DNA of 64,000 nt from the human T2T-CHM13v2.0 reference genome, Homo sapiens: assembly GCF_009914755.1 (NCBI RefSeq), contig NC_060937.1, one strand, 5' to 3'. The notes beneath the pieces were generated by a model. That model saw nothing but the letters and a program-made list of their open reading frames with translations, did not search any database and had not been told where the DNA came from. The position numbers were made by a program, and so were the translations under genes. Of this stretch, positions 15,025 to 28,549 are shown piece after piece. Each line of letters begins with the position of its first letter. Positions within the stretch are counted from its first letter, which is position 1.

Positions 15025-16200
15025 AAGATAATAAATAGTTGTTGTTTTAAACAACCAAATATCTGCATAATTACTTATGCAGCAGTAGATAATCAAAACC
15101 AATTTCTTTGGTACCAGAATTAAGATATGATCATCACATATCCCAAAATATAGGAGTGATTCTGTAAATCATCAGTGGGCAGTAGCTAGAACAAAATTTG
15201 TGGTGATAGTAGTGAAAGTCAAAATTGCCTTGAACTGACTCTTGGTAGAATTCTGTACATTAAATAGCCTGCCATTGAGGGCTTACTGAAAGAGAAAGAT
15301 GTTATGAGAAACTGGAGGAAAGAAAGGCTTGTTACGTGTCAGAAAGCTTAGCAATTCTTCATATAGACAGTAGAAATGGTGCCTAATGACTGCATCCCAT
15401 GGGTAAGATTTCCAGTCTCAACTCTCTTACTCTGTGTCATAACATAATTTGGAGGAACGCTGATTATTCCACAGACTATGATATTGATCTATCTGGATGG
15501 CACCATGGTGTTTACTGGGCCTGATGAGAAATGAGTAACAATAATTGCATATGACATTGTAATATATAAATGTCCTTGGAAATTCAGGTGCTTCAACCTC
15601 AGTCAAGTTTTTTTGGATCCACTTGTCATGCACATGTTGGCATATTTCTTGGAAATTTCCTTGCTATTAAACAAGAGGGAAGGTGATACATTTTGGAACT
15701 CCAGGTGAAGATCTCATTACAAATAAAGGCTCAAAATGCTTCTTTGTGCTTTCTGATTTGGTTAAGACTTATTTAGACCTATTCCTTCAACACATTAACC
15801 AGGTAATTAATGACTGTCAGTTTTGAATTGTAATTAGAAAAAAAGAAAGGTTTTCTAATAGGTATAGGTTGTGATATAAACTACCTTGACATTTTGACCT
15901 TATGTCTCAGCAGATCTAATACTACTTACTAGAAATGCCCAGAGGCAGATAAAGATGTATATGGAGACTGCCTCAAGCTTTATAGGAATATCACAGAAAA
16001 GACTTCTCGAGGTTTACAAAAAGACTATGTTGTCTTCTTTTACCGAATATTTTACAATTTAAAAGTTTCATCCACTTTGTTACTAAGCCTTCGTAGGTTA
16101 AAATCATGACCATGGGGACACCAGGTGAAAATATTTCTAGAGATGCCTGTCATGAATCTAGTTCACCAAACCATAATATCAGGCATGAACAATAATTATT
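15025..16200 (+). mobile_element. MLT1 LTR 3' end followed by internal sequence with an ERVL-type RT remnant
   Basis: LTR end ttgttgttttaaacaacc...ttatgcagcagtagataatcaaaac, then internal ttggtaccag. Positions 15430-15650 read LCHNIIWR..LIYLDGTM..GPDE..KIQGASTSVKFFG across frameshifts, which is ERV-L RT-like. Confidence 0.6.
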
Positions 16201-16230
16201 CACTGTAGAATGTTCTCCCTTTTTAAACTA

Positions 16231-16709
16231 TAGTTGGGCCTTGAACAACATGGGTGATAGAGCACTGACCGCCACACACTCAAAAAGCAACATAACTTTT
16301 GACTCTCCAAAACTTAACTACTGATAGCCTGCTGTTGACCAGAAGCCTTACTCATAACATAAACAACACTTTGTACGTTCTATGTGTTATATACTCTATT
16401 CATGCAATAAAGTAAGTCAGATAACAGAAAGTGCTATTACAAAAATCATAAGGAAAAGAAAATATGTTTACTATTCATAAAGTAAAAGTGGACCATAAAG
16501 ATGTTTATTCTTGTCTATGCATTGGGAAGGCTGAGAAGTAGGAAAAGGAGGGATAGGTCTTTCTGTCTCAGGGTTGGTAGAGGAAGAAGAGGTAAAGGAT
16601 GTGGAAGAGGAAACAAAAGAGGCAAGCACCCTCAGTGTAAGTTTTATTGAAAAAAAAATTACTAAGTGGACTCACACAGTTCCAACTCATATTGTTCAGG
16701 AATCCACTG
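16231..16709. mobile_element. Tigger2a (MER28)-like non-autonomous TcMar DNA transposon
   Basis: Terminal inverted repeats tagttgggccttgaacaacatggg ... ctcatattgttcaggaatccactg, flanked by TA at 16229-30 and 16710-11. Confidence 0.85.
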
Positions 16710-17599
16710 TAGTCTTTTTTTATTAAACACTTTTTATATTGTTTAGTTTGAATGTGTCATATATTTCTTCTGGGACCCTGATTAATACTCTTCGTAGTGA
16801 TCAAAGTTATAAATTGGTAGAAAGACCTACTTATTGTATGTGTAATGCAGCAAAAAATAATATTCCAAATTTGTAAAGCCTATATTAAAAATTATAAACA
16901 TAAAGTAGCAGATCTATCATGAGAGGAGCATTTTTTAACACATCTATATGTAATTGATTGTTAATAGAAATACAGCATATTTTTACAATGTAATTAATAA
17001 ACAATACATCTTGGGTTCAAATGTCCTAGGAGGAGAAACACAATAATTTCTCACACTCATAGAAAAAAAATGACAAACTCTCAATGTATCAAGATGCAAG
17101 TCAAACAATAACAATTACCAAAAATCATAGGATCCCAACTTTTTATTTGCAATTAAATAAATGGTAAATCCAAAGTATCTTTTATCTACTTGGGTATTTC
17201 TTAGCGATTTTGTTTTAAATTTCACCTGTCCATAATTCTTTACTTTCAACTATATATGGGTTTTGGAAATTATTTTAACTAGATAAGATTTCTCTATTCT
17301 TTGAACTTCTAAAAAAAAAAAGTCTTTTCAATCATTCTTCTATGATGTTGTGATTATATAATACTAATAGTTCTACACATAAATATATGGTTAATTTAAT
17401 GGATAAATCCTTAATTTTAAATCTCATATGAAATCATTTAATTCATGTGTGCCACCACTATACATTTTACATTTTTCTAAAAATAAATATTGGTGGGTTT
17501 CTAATTGTATTTAATTCAAGAATCAACCTGATTTATTTCTTCAGGCATTGGAACAAACAAAATAACATTTCTATTTCCTGCAGCAAATACTGTCACCTC

Positions 17600-18062
17600 A
17601 TAGTATATTTTGAAGTTCAGTAATGTGATGCATCCAACTTTTTTCTTTTTGCTTAGGATTCCTTTGGCTATTCCAGGTCTTTTTTCTTTTCATATGAATT
17701 CTAGAATAGTGTTTTCTAATTCTGTGAAAAATAACAGTGGTAGTTTGATAAAAATAGTGTTGATTCTGTAGATTGCTTTGGGCAGTATGGCCATTTTAAC
17801 TATATTAATTTTCTCAATCCATGAGCATAAAATGTTTTTCCATTTGTTTGTGTCATCTCTGATTTCTTTCAGCAGTGTTTTTTAGTATTTCTCATAGATA
17901 TCTTTCATCTCCTTGGTTAAATGCATTCCTAGGTATTTAATTTATTTTTTTAGTGGCTACTGTAAATTGAATTGTGTTCTTGATTTGACTCTCACCTTGA
18001 ATGTTATTTGTGTATAGAAATGCTACTGATTTTTATATGGTGATTTTGTATCCCTAAACTTC
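17600..18062 (-). mobile_element. L1 (L1PB/L1MA-type) ORF2 fragment
   Basis: aattctgtgaaaaataacagtggtagtttgat...gattgctttgggcagtatggccattttaac...tatagaaatgctactgatttt. Confidence 0.85.
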
Positions 18063-18600
18063 GATAAAAATAATTTGATACATTTAAACAATATGTGGTG
18101 GGCTACAAGTTGCAACATAAAGTAGTAGTTTAGTGGAGAACAAATCTTAAATGAGGTTTTTACATCCTTGCTTCTTTCTTTGCTCTTGGTACATACAGTT
18201 AGAATGGTTCAGTGTTAGACATCACTCTTAGGACCATGAACTTTCATACATTGGAAGGGAAAGATGAAAAGACTCACCTCCTTGCACAACACTGAAGCAT
18301 TATAAGAATGAAATGGCAAACCAAGGTTTATTGTCCTTACATAGTGTCACTAACTAACAATTTTTAAATGTGATATTGAACTACCTTCTCTTTCTGTCCT
18401 GGCCTTTCCCATATTTTAACCAATTTGAAGCCAGCTGTCATCAAAACTGAGGAGTGATTGATAATTCTACCCATGAAATTCCAGATATTGTTTCAGACTC
18501 TGGTAAAGAGTGTAAAAATACATTTAGGTATGTATCAATTTTAAAATATTATTTTCTTATCTAGATCTAGCATAATTAAGCATTCTTTTTGTTTAGTAGT

Positions 18601-18846
18601 TGATGTGGCTTGGCTGTGTCCCCACTTATATCTCTTCTTGAATTCCCATGTGTTGTGGGAGGGACCCAGTGGGAGGTAATTGAATCATGGGGGCAGTTCT
18701 TTCCCATGCTGTTTTCATGATAGTGAATAAGTCTCATGAGATCTGATGGTTTCATGAGGGGGAGCTTCCCTTCAGAAGTTCTTTTTTTGCCTGCTGCCAT
18801 CCATGTAAGATGTGACTTGCTTCTCCTTGTTTTCCATAATTGTGAG
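18601..18846 (+). mobile_element. THE1B-like MaLR LTR, 3'-truncated
   Basis: tgatgtggcttggctgtgtcccc...gggagggacccagtgggaggtaattgaatcatggggg...gaataagtctcatgagatctgatgg. Confidence 0.92.
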
Positions 18847-19444
18847 ATATTTAAATATAGACATTGATTAGAGTTTAGAAATTTTCTATTATCCCTTTCA
18901 TTTATTAAGGTAAGATATCTGAGACCCAGAAAGCTCATAGTGTCCTAGATTATAAAGTAAATTTGCATAAGCATTTTTGTATATTTACTTTTGTCTAATA
19001 TATTATTTTAAGCAATCATTCTTTTTTTAAAGGGTGATAAAGATTAAACTGATTTATTGTTTTGATATGCAATAATTAATGTGCATTTCATTAGGTGACA
19101 GAAATGTCAAGAAGAATAAAACAAAGTCTCTGACTTTAAAGAAATCATGTTTTAATGACAGAGACAGACATCTCCTAAACAATTACAAGCTGAAAGATCA
19201 AGTGTAACCAGTGGCAATAATTTCTATGAGAGAACAGGACAAAGTGATTCCACCAAAATATAAGCAGTACCATTCATTTTAATCATCAGTACTGTCTCCA
19301 TTTGGAATTCTTTGCCAAGAGGTATACCTACGTCTACTCTAACTCACAGCAGGAGTTCCCTAACAAAGTGCACAAAGCAGCTTTCTCTTGGGCAAAATAT
19401 TATTTCACAAGTTCTTCAGTTCCAAGAAAGCATGTCTCCACCAC

Positions 19445-19808
19445 ATTGATGCTGTATATCTATTGTTTCTTGACTTTTTAATAATTGCCATTCTCACTGG
19501 TGTGAGGTAGTATCTCCTTGTGATTTTGATTTTCATTTCTCTAATTATCAGTGATGTTGAGCTTTTTATCATATTTGTTGGCTCATGAATATCTTCTCTT
19601 GAGAAGAGTCTGTTCATGTCCTTTCACTTTTAAATGAATTTTTTTTTGTAAATTTGTTTCAGTTTCTTGTAGATTCTGGATATTAGACTTTTTTCAAGTG
19701 GATAGATTGCAAGGATTTTCCCCCACTCTGTAGGTTGCCTGTTCGTTCTGTTGATAGTTTCTTTTGCTGTGCAGAAGCTCTTTAGTTTAATTAGGCTCCA
19801 TTTATCAA
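19445..19808 (-). mobile_element. L1P ORF2 C-terminal fragment
   Basis: ORFs 19630..19869 and 19405..19617 give [22 protein letters not shown] and [24 protein letters not shown]. Confidence 0.93.
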
Positions 19809-21619
19809 TAAAAAAGTGACATTTATTTTTTAAGGAATAAGAAGACAAATCAATAATCAGTTCAATCACCTACCTTTACAAAATTCCATTCTTAATGTGG
19901 CACATGCCAATATACATGGGGCATTTTAATATTGGATTTCTGTAAGTGATATCATGAAACATTATAGAAACATTCTGCATCCAACTTGACTCCTGTTGGA
20001 CTTCTTGTGCAGATATCATCTAGCTATGTCATTCTACAAGCACAATGGGTGCGACAGCAATCTCACTTCTTAACCAGGGACATTTTTTTCTTATAGCTTT
20101 AATTTTGTCCACCATTTTTCTCATTAGGGACAGTTTCTGCTTCTTAACTACTCCATTTGCTTAAAAATTGTTATTTCAAAAGCAATAAATAAATAAATAA
20201 ATAAAAAGGGATTTAGTTTTTCTGACCTTGAGGAAATAAAAATCAACAAGAGGTATGAAACTGTTCTTGGTTTTAACAGGATTCATCATCTAAGTATAAA
20301 AGTGACAAACCATAAAAATAAAATGTGTATTTCCCTTACAAATTAAAGTCTCTTTCAATTGGTTTCAAAAGACTTGTTCCTTGCCTCATAAAATGCATAT
20401 TTTCAACCTTGAAATATAAAAATCATTTTTCTTCTTTCTGACAGATAAAGCCATTTTACTTTGCTACAAAGGATATAGACTACAATAACTGACAATCATA
20501 AATATATACGGCAAATGTCCTTGCTCTATTATACGTATATTAAACCTACTTAAAGATAAGCAAAGTAAAACTTCAGTAAATCGTGGTCTGATTTGGGTAT
20601 GCAGACAATAAAATACTTGAGGCACAGAGTTTACAGAAATATGTCATTATAGAATTTGTAATGGCATAAATTCACTTATCTTACTTGAGTCACAGATAGA
20701 AGCTTTTTGAGAATCTCATAATAGATATAAGTTCTAAACTACTAGCTCACTAAATTATAGAGATTGTGATAAAAGACATAAGAACATTAATTATTTAATT
20801 TATTAAAATTATTTCAATTTGAAAAATTTCAGCCATAAGCTATTATTTAGCAGTGATGTCACAGTAAATCAATTTTGTAATATCTTTTTGTTAAATTTTA
20901 TTGTAAAGATTTTTAAAGTAATGCTTAACAGATACTCAAATTGTTAAAGCATTTTATAAATTCAATTCAGTTATCTATATTTAATTTATATTCAGAATTT
21001 TAAACTGTACTTTAAACTGTCCTCTAATGTTGGAAGTTTTTAATAATGTATAAGTTTAAAGCATCACTAGATCTATTTCTACCTGCTTATGTTTTTCATA
21101 TTTTATGATTACTATTATAAGAACATGTATAAATTTGAAAATTAGGAACATCTTTGCCTTCTACCATTGCCAGGCATTGTCATTGACCCATAATCTAACT
21201 TTTCTATAATAGACTATAATATATCTGCATAGCCCTCACTGTTGTTAATAAAACAGTAGGATTGTTTGTAAGTGATGTGAAGGCTCATGACAAATGATTA
21301 CCCATATAGTAAGGATAATTTAAATCTACAATTATGAGGCTTATGTTTCAAAGACTATATTACACAGGATCTCTGTTCTTTCATATATCTCTTTATCCAC
21401 TATTCAATAATTTTAGTGTCTTTTTTGGATAATAATAATTCTAACTTTCAAATTTGACATTTAAACTTTAAAAATTTAAGAGATTAATATAACAAAACTA
21501 TATTTTTAGTAATATTTTATTCCCAGGTTTACTGTTGAAATGTGTCACAGCAACCTCTAGAAATTTATAAAGCATATTCAAAAATCTCCCTAGCCTAATG
21601 ATTCTTTCAAATAAATATA

Positions 21620-21980
21620 CAAGGTCCTGGACTTAACAATAGTTTGACTAAGAATTTTTTGGTTTTATTATGTGTGTGCTAAAGCAATATGCATTCAGCA
21701 GAACTCATACTTTGACCACTCATACAAACATTTGTTTTTCACTTTCAGTAGAGTATTCAATTAATTATATGAGATATTTAACATTATTATAAAATAGCCT
21801 TTGTGTGAGGTGATTTTGTCCAAGTATAGGCTAATGTAAATGTTCTGAGCATGTTTAAGGTAGACCTGACAAGGCTGTGATATTCAGTGGGTTATGTGCA
21901 TTAAGTCATTTCAACTTAAAATATTTTCAGCTTATGATGGTTTACAGGACTTAACCCCATTGCAAGTCAAGGAGCTTCTG
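21620..21980 (-). mobile_element. MER47A TcMar-Tigger DNA transposon
   Basis: taggctaatgtaaatgttctgagcatgtttaaggtag...aaccccattgcaagtcaaggagcttctg, with TA on both sides. Confidence 0.88.
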
Positions 21981-22415
21981 TAGTGATTTTTGTAATGCCT
22001 GAGACCCTAGGAATACAGGAGAAACCTGCTACCTTAAACATTTTAAAGTTTCTACTGTATTATTTATCTATACATCATCTAGTAATATTTCTTCATTCTC
22101 TCCCTCAGTCATTTTTTGGCACATGTGCAATGAGTACCGAAATGTCAGGTGCTCTGTGAGAACATAGCATTCTAATGATGAAAACAAACTTAGGATAACA
22201 AACTGATGATATTTCCTACTAAGGTTCATACATAAAGGTCCATAGAAAAGCATATATTTTAAAACATATTCCAAGATTGAATGTGTTGATGTGACATCAT
22301 CGAATTATAAGATTAATTAGTTTACTTCACTTTAGAATTTTTAATATATACCCTAAATAGATATTAAAAATTGAAAGGAAGTAAAAAAGGTATAGGAACT
22401 TGATTGAAAGGTGGG

Positions 22416-22620
22416 TGCTATGGTTTGAATTGTGTTCCCTCCAAATTTCAGGTGTTGTCAATGTGAAAGTATTAATTTGTGAGAAACTTAAGATACGATT
22501 ATGTGAAAGGACATTTCTTTCATGAATGGGATCCGGTGCCCTTATAAAAGAGCTTGATAGAGGGAGTTTGTCCTTTTTGCCCTTCTACTTTTGTTTATCT
22601 GGAGAATCCTGACTAATACA
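22416..22620 (+). mobile_element. MST-type MaLR LTR 5' part joined to an MLT2-type 3' terminus
   Basis: tgctatggtttgaattgtgttccctccaaa...cccttataaaagag, then ctggagaatcctgactaataca. Confidence 0.7.
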
Positions 22621-23658
22621 CCATTGTTATACACTTGTTAGACTGCATATAAGACAATATTTTAAAATATTTTCAAGGCATTATGAAAAGTATTCTGCAA
22701 TTTATGCTTTAGAAAGTAAATTTATACCGAAATAAGAAGATTTGATAGCATGAAACCAATTACTGCAAATCGTTTTCTTAACTACATCTTGTTTTTGTTT
22801 CCATTTCTACATTTAAAAATATATAAATTAAGAACTCTTGAGAGTTTCAAATATACTCTTTAGAAAGTGAATGCCATACACCTTGTCCAAGTAAGATCAG
22901 ATGTAATATACATAAGATGTGCTTTCTGAAGGTCTGCCCGTGTACTGAACTTTTGAAAAATGAGATCTAACCAACTATTATAATAAACGAGGCAATTTAT
23001 AATGATGCAGCTAATTATAATTTCCTCAGCTCTTTTTTCTGTGTTTTCTGCTGTCCTTCAGGACATGATAATTTTCTAAAACATCTCTACTAGATACTTA
23101 GTAAGAGAACAAACAATGTATTACTTGTTATTTCATGTAAGGTACTTTCCCAAGAAAAAATAAATACCTAGAGTTAAGAAATCTTATTATTTATAATTCA
23201 ACATTTCACTCTTTGTTTATGTTAAATGTTAATTTCACAAAGAAAAAAACTTATTTTTTAATATGATGAATAAAATTTCAGATAGGCTTTAATGCAAATG
23301 TTGACAGTTTAGTCATCATTAGTAGGGAGACAATTTGTGGGACAATGATGATGATTTACTATAATACCTATTTTGGTTCATAATAGAAAACTTCTATAGG
23401 TTTAAAGTTTGTGATAAACTTAGAATAATAAAGAATCTTGCCCTAAATTTGAATATTTCAATTGTTTCACAGCTTGGGACTTTTCTTCAGGCTGGACCTA
23501 AAAGAAATGGAAATATTTGTCCAAATTTGTAACATGCATTTATCTTTCTTTTAAACATAATTTCCAGAGAGATGCAGTTTCTGAACATTAATGTTGATAA
23601 CTATATATAAAGGTAATAGTTTTCTTTTTTTTTATGTAACAAGCTTTTCATAGAATGG

Positions 23659-24170
23659 TACTGAGACCAGCTCGGTCAGGGAAACCCTAATCCAGTGGCG
23701 CTAGAGGAATTAAAGACACACACACAGAAATATAGAGGTGTGAAGTGGGAAATCAGGAGTCTCACAGCCTCCAGAGCTGAGAGCCCCGAACAGAGATTTA
23801 CTCACATATTTATTAATAGCCAACCAGTCATTAGCATTGTTTCTATAGATATTAAATTAACTAAAATATCCCTTATGGGAAACAAACGGATGGGCTGAAT
23901 TAAAGGAATAGGTTGGGCTAGTTAACTGCAGCAGGAACATGCCTTTAAGGCATAGATTGCTCTTGCTATTGTTTGTGGTTTAAGAATGCCTTTCAGCAGT
24001 TTTCCACCCTGGGCAGGCCAGGTGTTCCTTGCCCTCATTCCCGTAAAGCCACAAACTTCCAGCTTGGGCATTAGGGCCATTATGAACACGTTACAGTGCT
24101 GCAGAGATTTTGTTTATGGCCAGTTTTGGGGCCAGTTTATGGCCAGATTTTGGGGGGCCTGCTCCCAACA
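23659..24170 (-). mobile_element. MER9 solo LTR (ERVK, HML-3)
   Basis: 512 bp, gagaccagctcggtc...gggggcctgctcccaaca, with a perfect 6-bp TSD gaatgg (23653-58 and 24171-76). Confidence 0.93.
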
Positions 24171-24569
24171 GAATGGCAATACTACTCCTCCAGGGGCATA
24201 AGAAAACAGAGTGTTGGGGTTACTCTTGCAATGAACAATTTAGATATTACAAACATTATAGAGAATTGTAATATTTAATTTATCCTACCTTTTGATTATA
24301 GCCTAAAATGAAGAATGTCATTAACTCATTTATAATTTATAATAAAGTGTATTATAATTGGTCATCTCATTGTATATGAGTTCCACAAAAATTAATAATG
24401 GTTATTTTATCATATAGCTCTCTACAACATGTTATAATTTGGAATGTTTGCATTTGAGGAAGAGCTAATATAAATAATTAATGCACCTCTTTTGAAATGG
24501 AATAGTTTCCTAAACTCACTATTCCACTGTTTCCAGTCATATTGTTGGACACATTTATAGCTCTAATTA

Positions 24570-25262
24570 TATTTATTACAGTGTAATGTGATGAAAACTA
24601 ATGAGCTAACCATCCATCTCAAGAATCTAGGTAGAATTAAAAAACACGTATTAAACTTAAATAATAAGTTAATAGAATAGAAATTAAAATTAGTAAATTA
24701 TAAAATAATTCAATGTGAAGAAAAACAAAATGTAATTAGTTCTTTGAAAAGATCAGTGAAATTGATATTCCCTTTGGATTATTAAATTCTTAAAAAGCCA
24801 TAAATGACTTAGGTAAGAAAAAAGAAGAAATTCCCAAAGATTCTAAAGACATTAAAGATGTGATAAGAGAATACGAATAACTTTATTATAAGTAATTTTA
24901 TAAACTCAGTTGAAATGGACAAATTCCTAAGGGGAAAAAAGAAAATGATAAAGCATATAAATTATGAATAATCCTACATATATTTATTAGAAATTGAATG
25001 TATAATTTTAAGAATTCATCGAGAAACTCCCAGGCCCAGATAACTTTATCATTGGTTTACTTCAAATATTTTAAGAATAGATTACATATATTTAACCTTC
25101 TTCCAGAGAAAAAAGAGACATTTCACAGCTCCTTTGGTGGTGTCTGCATAATTCTCACATCAAAACTTGATAAAAATGTTACATGAAAGAAAAATTGCAG
25201 GTCATCACTTTTTTGAACATAGACAAAATAATTTTAAATTATTATTGGTAGCTGATTTCTGG
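24570..25262 (+). mobile_element. Old L1M ORF2 fragment
   Basis: ttctttgaaaagatcagtgaaattgata, gaaatggacaaattccta, aaactcccaggcccagata are ORF2 motifs. Confidence 0.75.
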
Positions 25263-25267
25263 AATAA

Positions 25268-25630
25268 AGTAGTCCCTCCTCATTATTCAACAGTTTTGCT
25301 TTTCATGGTTTTTAGTCACCTGTGGTCAATTGTGGTCTGAAAATATTAAACAAAACTTCCAGAAATTAATAGTCTTAAATTTTAAACCATGCACCATTCT
25401 GAGTAGTGTGATAAAAACTTCTGCTGTCCCCCTCCTTCTGCTTGGATGGAAATGATCCTTTTGTCCAGTGTTTTCATGTCGTATGCACTGCCTGCCTCTT
25501 AGTCACTTAGGAGCTGTCTCAGTTATCAGATCAAAATTCAATATCATCTATAGGGTTTGGTACTATCCACAGTTTCGGGCATCCACTGGGGACCTGGATC
25601 TGTATTCCCTGTGGATAAGGGAGGAGTACT
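25268..25630 (+). mobile_element. MER44A TcMar-Tigger DNA transposon
   Basis: TIRs agtagtccctcct ... ggataagggaggagtact, with internal ccattctgagtagtgtgataaaa. Confidence 0.85.
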
Positions 25631-25734
25631 TGGCCTATACAGGATAATTCATCACAACTAATGTGTGTTTATTTCAAGTATGGAATACTGCTTTTTACTT
25701 AAAAAATGTCTATTCATGAAAACTGGACTCTACT

Positions 25735-26066
<332 letters not shown>

Positions 26067-27081
26067 TCAATGTAAGTTTCAGCAAAGAAAATGTATTAGC
26101 AGACACACAGAGAGAAACAGAGACAGAGAGATAGAGACAGAACAAATGTGGCAAAGTCTTCATCTTTGGTGAAAATGAGTAGAAGTTACATAGTTGTTTA
26201 TTGTACTAGTTTTCTGGATTGATTATTTTCTCAATGAATAATTTGGGGAAAGGGCAATGTGATTTGCCACATCAATAGAAAAAAAGAGAAAATTTTATTT
26301 CAATGAATGCAGATAACATTTAATGAAATACAGTCAATATTTACGGTAATTGATAACAACTTTAAATTGTCGTAACAAACTACTTGTAGGGGATCACTGT
26401 CTTAATCTAGTAATGGGTAATATATGCTGCTATGGGTATAAAATGTAAAACCATTTTGGAAAGATGATTGTATCTCCTAAAATTAAATATACCCACATTA
26501 TATGACCCTGTAATTATGACCCTGTAATTTTACAAACCCAACATAATTGAATACCACATATCCCAGGCTATATGCATTCTTTTCTTAACCTGTGGAATAA
26601 AAGAAACATCACAAAAATACTGTGTTCTATTTTTATAGCTTTCAAATGAGGGAAAATGTAAACTAAGCCATATGGGCTTGTTTTAGGAAGTAGGAAAGGG
26701 TAGGAATGGATAAAGAAGATGCAGGGGACTTTTGGAATGCCGATAGTGTTGTGGTTTTTAAACGTGTTGGTTACATTTATATTTGCTAAATCTCATCAAG
26801 CTGTTCTCATATAATTTGTGCATTTTCTTTTATGCATGCTATGATTTAAAAAAAAGGTTATAGAAGACAAAATGTCATAAAAAGAAGTGATGAAATACAG
26901 AATTGATCAAGAAAAATTACCTCAAACCTAATCAGGAGTATAAAAATGAAAACACTTTATAATTTAAAGTGGCAACATTGATGTTGAACATGCAGATATC
27001 TTATGCATTGTAAGTTGTGATAGAAACTGATACAACTTTTTACAAATACAATTCATGTTGGATTAAATTTAGTTCATATGG

Positions 27082-28016
27082 TGGCACAGTATTCTCTTGG
27101 TGCCACTTTGCCAGCTGGAAATCTCCATGGCTGGAGGTGCTTCTTCTCAGTCTTCACTTGGGCCACTGGGCTTGCTGTGCCCACTCAACCCCATGCAGGC
27201 TTCACTTGGCTCACAGTACTGCCCCAGACCCTGCGACCATCACAGCTCTGTGCTCAGCCTGTGGCTGGTGTGGGCATGCCTCAACCAGCTTCTCCACTGG
27301 GCACTGGTGTCTGGATGAGGGGGATGCAGTGGCAGTGCCTGAAAACTTGAATATGCCAGCAGCCACCTAGCCCCAAGGGGTACTACAGCTTCTGCCTGAG
27401 CCCCCAGGAAGTGTTACAGCTCTCATTCGTCTCCTCCACCTGCAGCTTTGGTGAATGGGGTCGTGTCACAGCTCATTCGGTCTCTCCATCCATGGCTTGG
27501 CGAATGGGGTATATGGTGCCCAGCAATTTTTTTCACTCTTGTAGCTGGGCGAGCAAGAGCATGTGTTACAGCTCTTTTCACATCCACCATTTGAGAGTTC
27601 TGGGTTCTTGTCCTGCAACCAAGAAGAATGACTTACACAGACAATGGAGAGTGAGCAAGGCAGAAAAGAATTTTCCTTAGTGACAGAAACGCTCTGGACA
27701 ATGAGAGGTGACCTGAAGTGGGTAGCACTCTGTGTCAGAAGGGGCCCAAAAGCAGGTAGCTGTCTTTGAAGCTGAGTCTGGGGGTTTTATGGGCTCAGAA
27801 TGGGGGTGTGTGTGCTGAGTCGACCATGTACAGGTCTGGAAAAAGCATCATTCCATTGGCTAAAAGGAATTGAGGAAATTTTCACTCCAGTTGTGGACTG
27901 CACCCTTAAGTGGCAGCTCACTTTCCAGTCTTCAGGCTGTCTGGGAGTTGAAGGTTGGGTTTCACTGGGACCTGTCCCTGTCTGCCTAGGAATTTGTCTG
28001 TTTCCTATTGCTATCA
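27082..28016 (-). mobile_element. ERV1 solo LTR, LTR27/LTR28 (MER52-group)-like
   Basis: TG...CA termini. The reverse strand starts tgatagcaataggaaacagacaaattcctaggcagacagggacaggtcccagtgaaaccc. 4-bp TSD atgg (27078-81) / atag (28017-20). Confidence 0.85.
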
Positions 28017-28321
28017 ATAGCAGGATATCTGTAAGATAATTTGCAAGGCAACATTATTTGTAGTAAAATAAATAAATGCATTAATTAAATAAAAAAACAG
28101 GAAATATGTTATTGAGAAAGTCATACAGTTTGGCATTATATATTAATTTTAAATGAACTATGCAAAGATGACTACACATGAATTACAGCATAACATATTA
28201 CATATTTATAAAGATGAGTTTCCAAAAGTTATTATTATTATTCAATATGTTAGTTATTTCATATTCTTATATGTGCATAAAGGTAGAATTGTAAAACCAC
28301 AATAAATATAATGAAAATATA

Positions 28322-28465
28322 CTGTGTGTGGTGGCTCAACCTGTAATCCCAGTGACTCCAGAGGACCCCTTGAGCCCGGGAGTTTAGAGATAGAGTGAGC
28401 TATGATCACACCACTGCACTCCAGCCTGGGTGATATAGAGACCTGTATCTTAAAAAAAAGAAAAA
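28322..28465 (+). mobile_element. Alu monomer (FRAM/FAM-like), internally deleted
   Basis: gtggctcaacctgtaatcccag...ttgagcccgggagttt...gtgagctatgatcacaccactgcactccagcctggg plus an A-rich tail. Confidence 0.8.
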
Positions 28466-28549
28466 ATGAAAGAAAGTAATTTCTGAAAAATCAAACTCAT
28501 AGGTTGTATTATTTTCTTTATGAGCATACAAGTAAGATCATAAATTGTA

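Noticed and set aside
18576-18938. 120-aa minus-strand ORF
   Set aside because: Antisense translation of a THE1 LTR.
26502-26529. 14-bp tandem duplication atgaccctgtaatt
   Set aside because: Ordinary slippage duplication in old L1-like sequence with no further structure.
27017-28039. Cluster of six overlapping ORFs in GC-richer DNA
   Set aside because: All lie essentially within the LTR27/28-like solo LTR, where higher GC lowers the stop-codon frequency.
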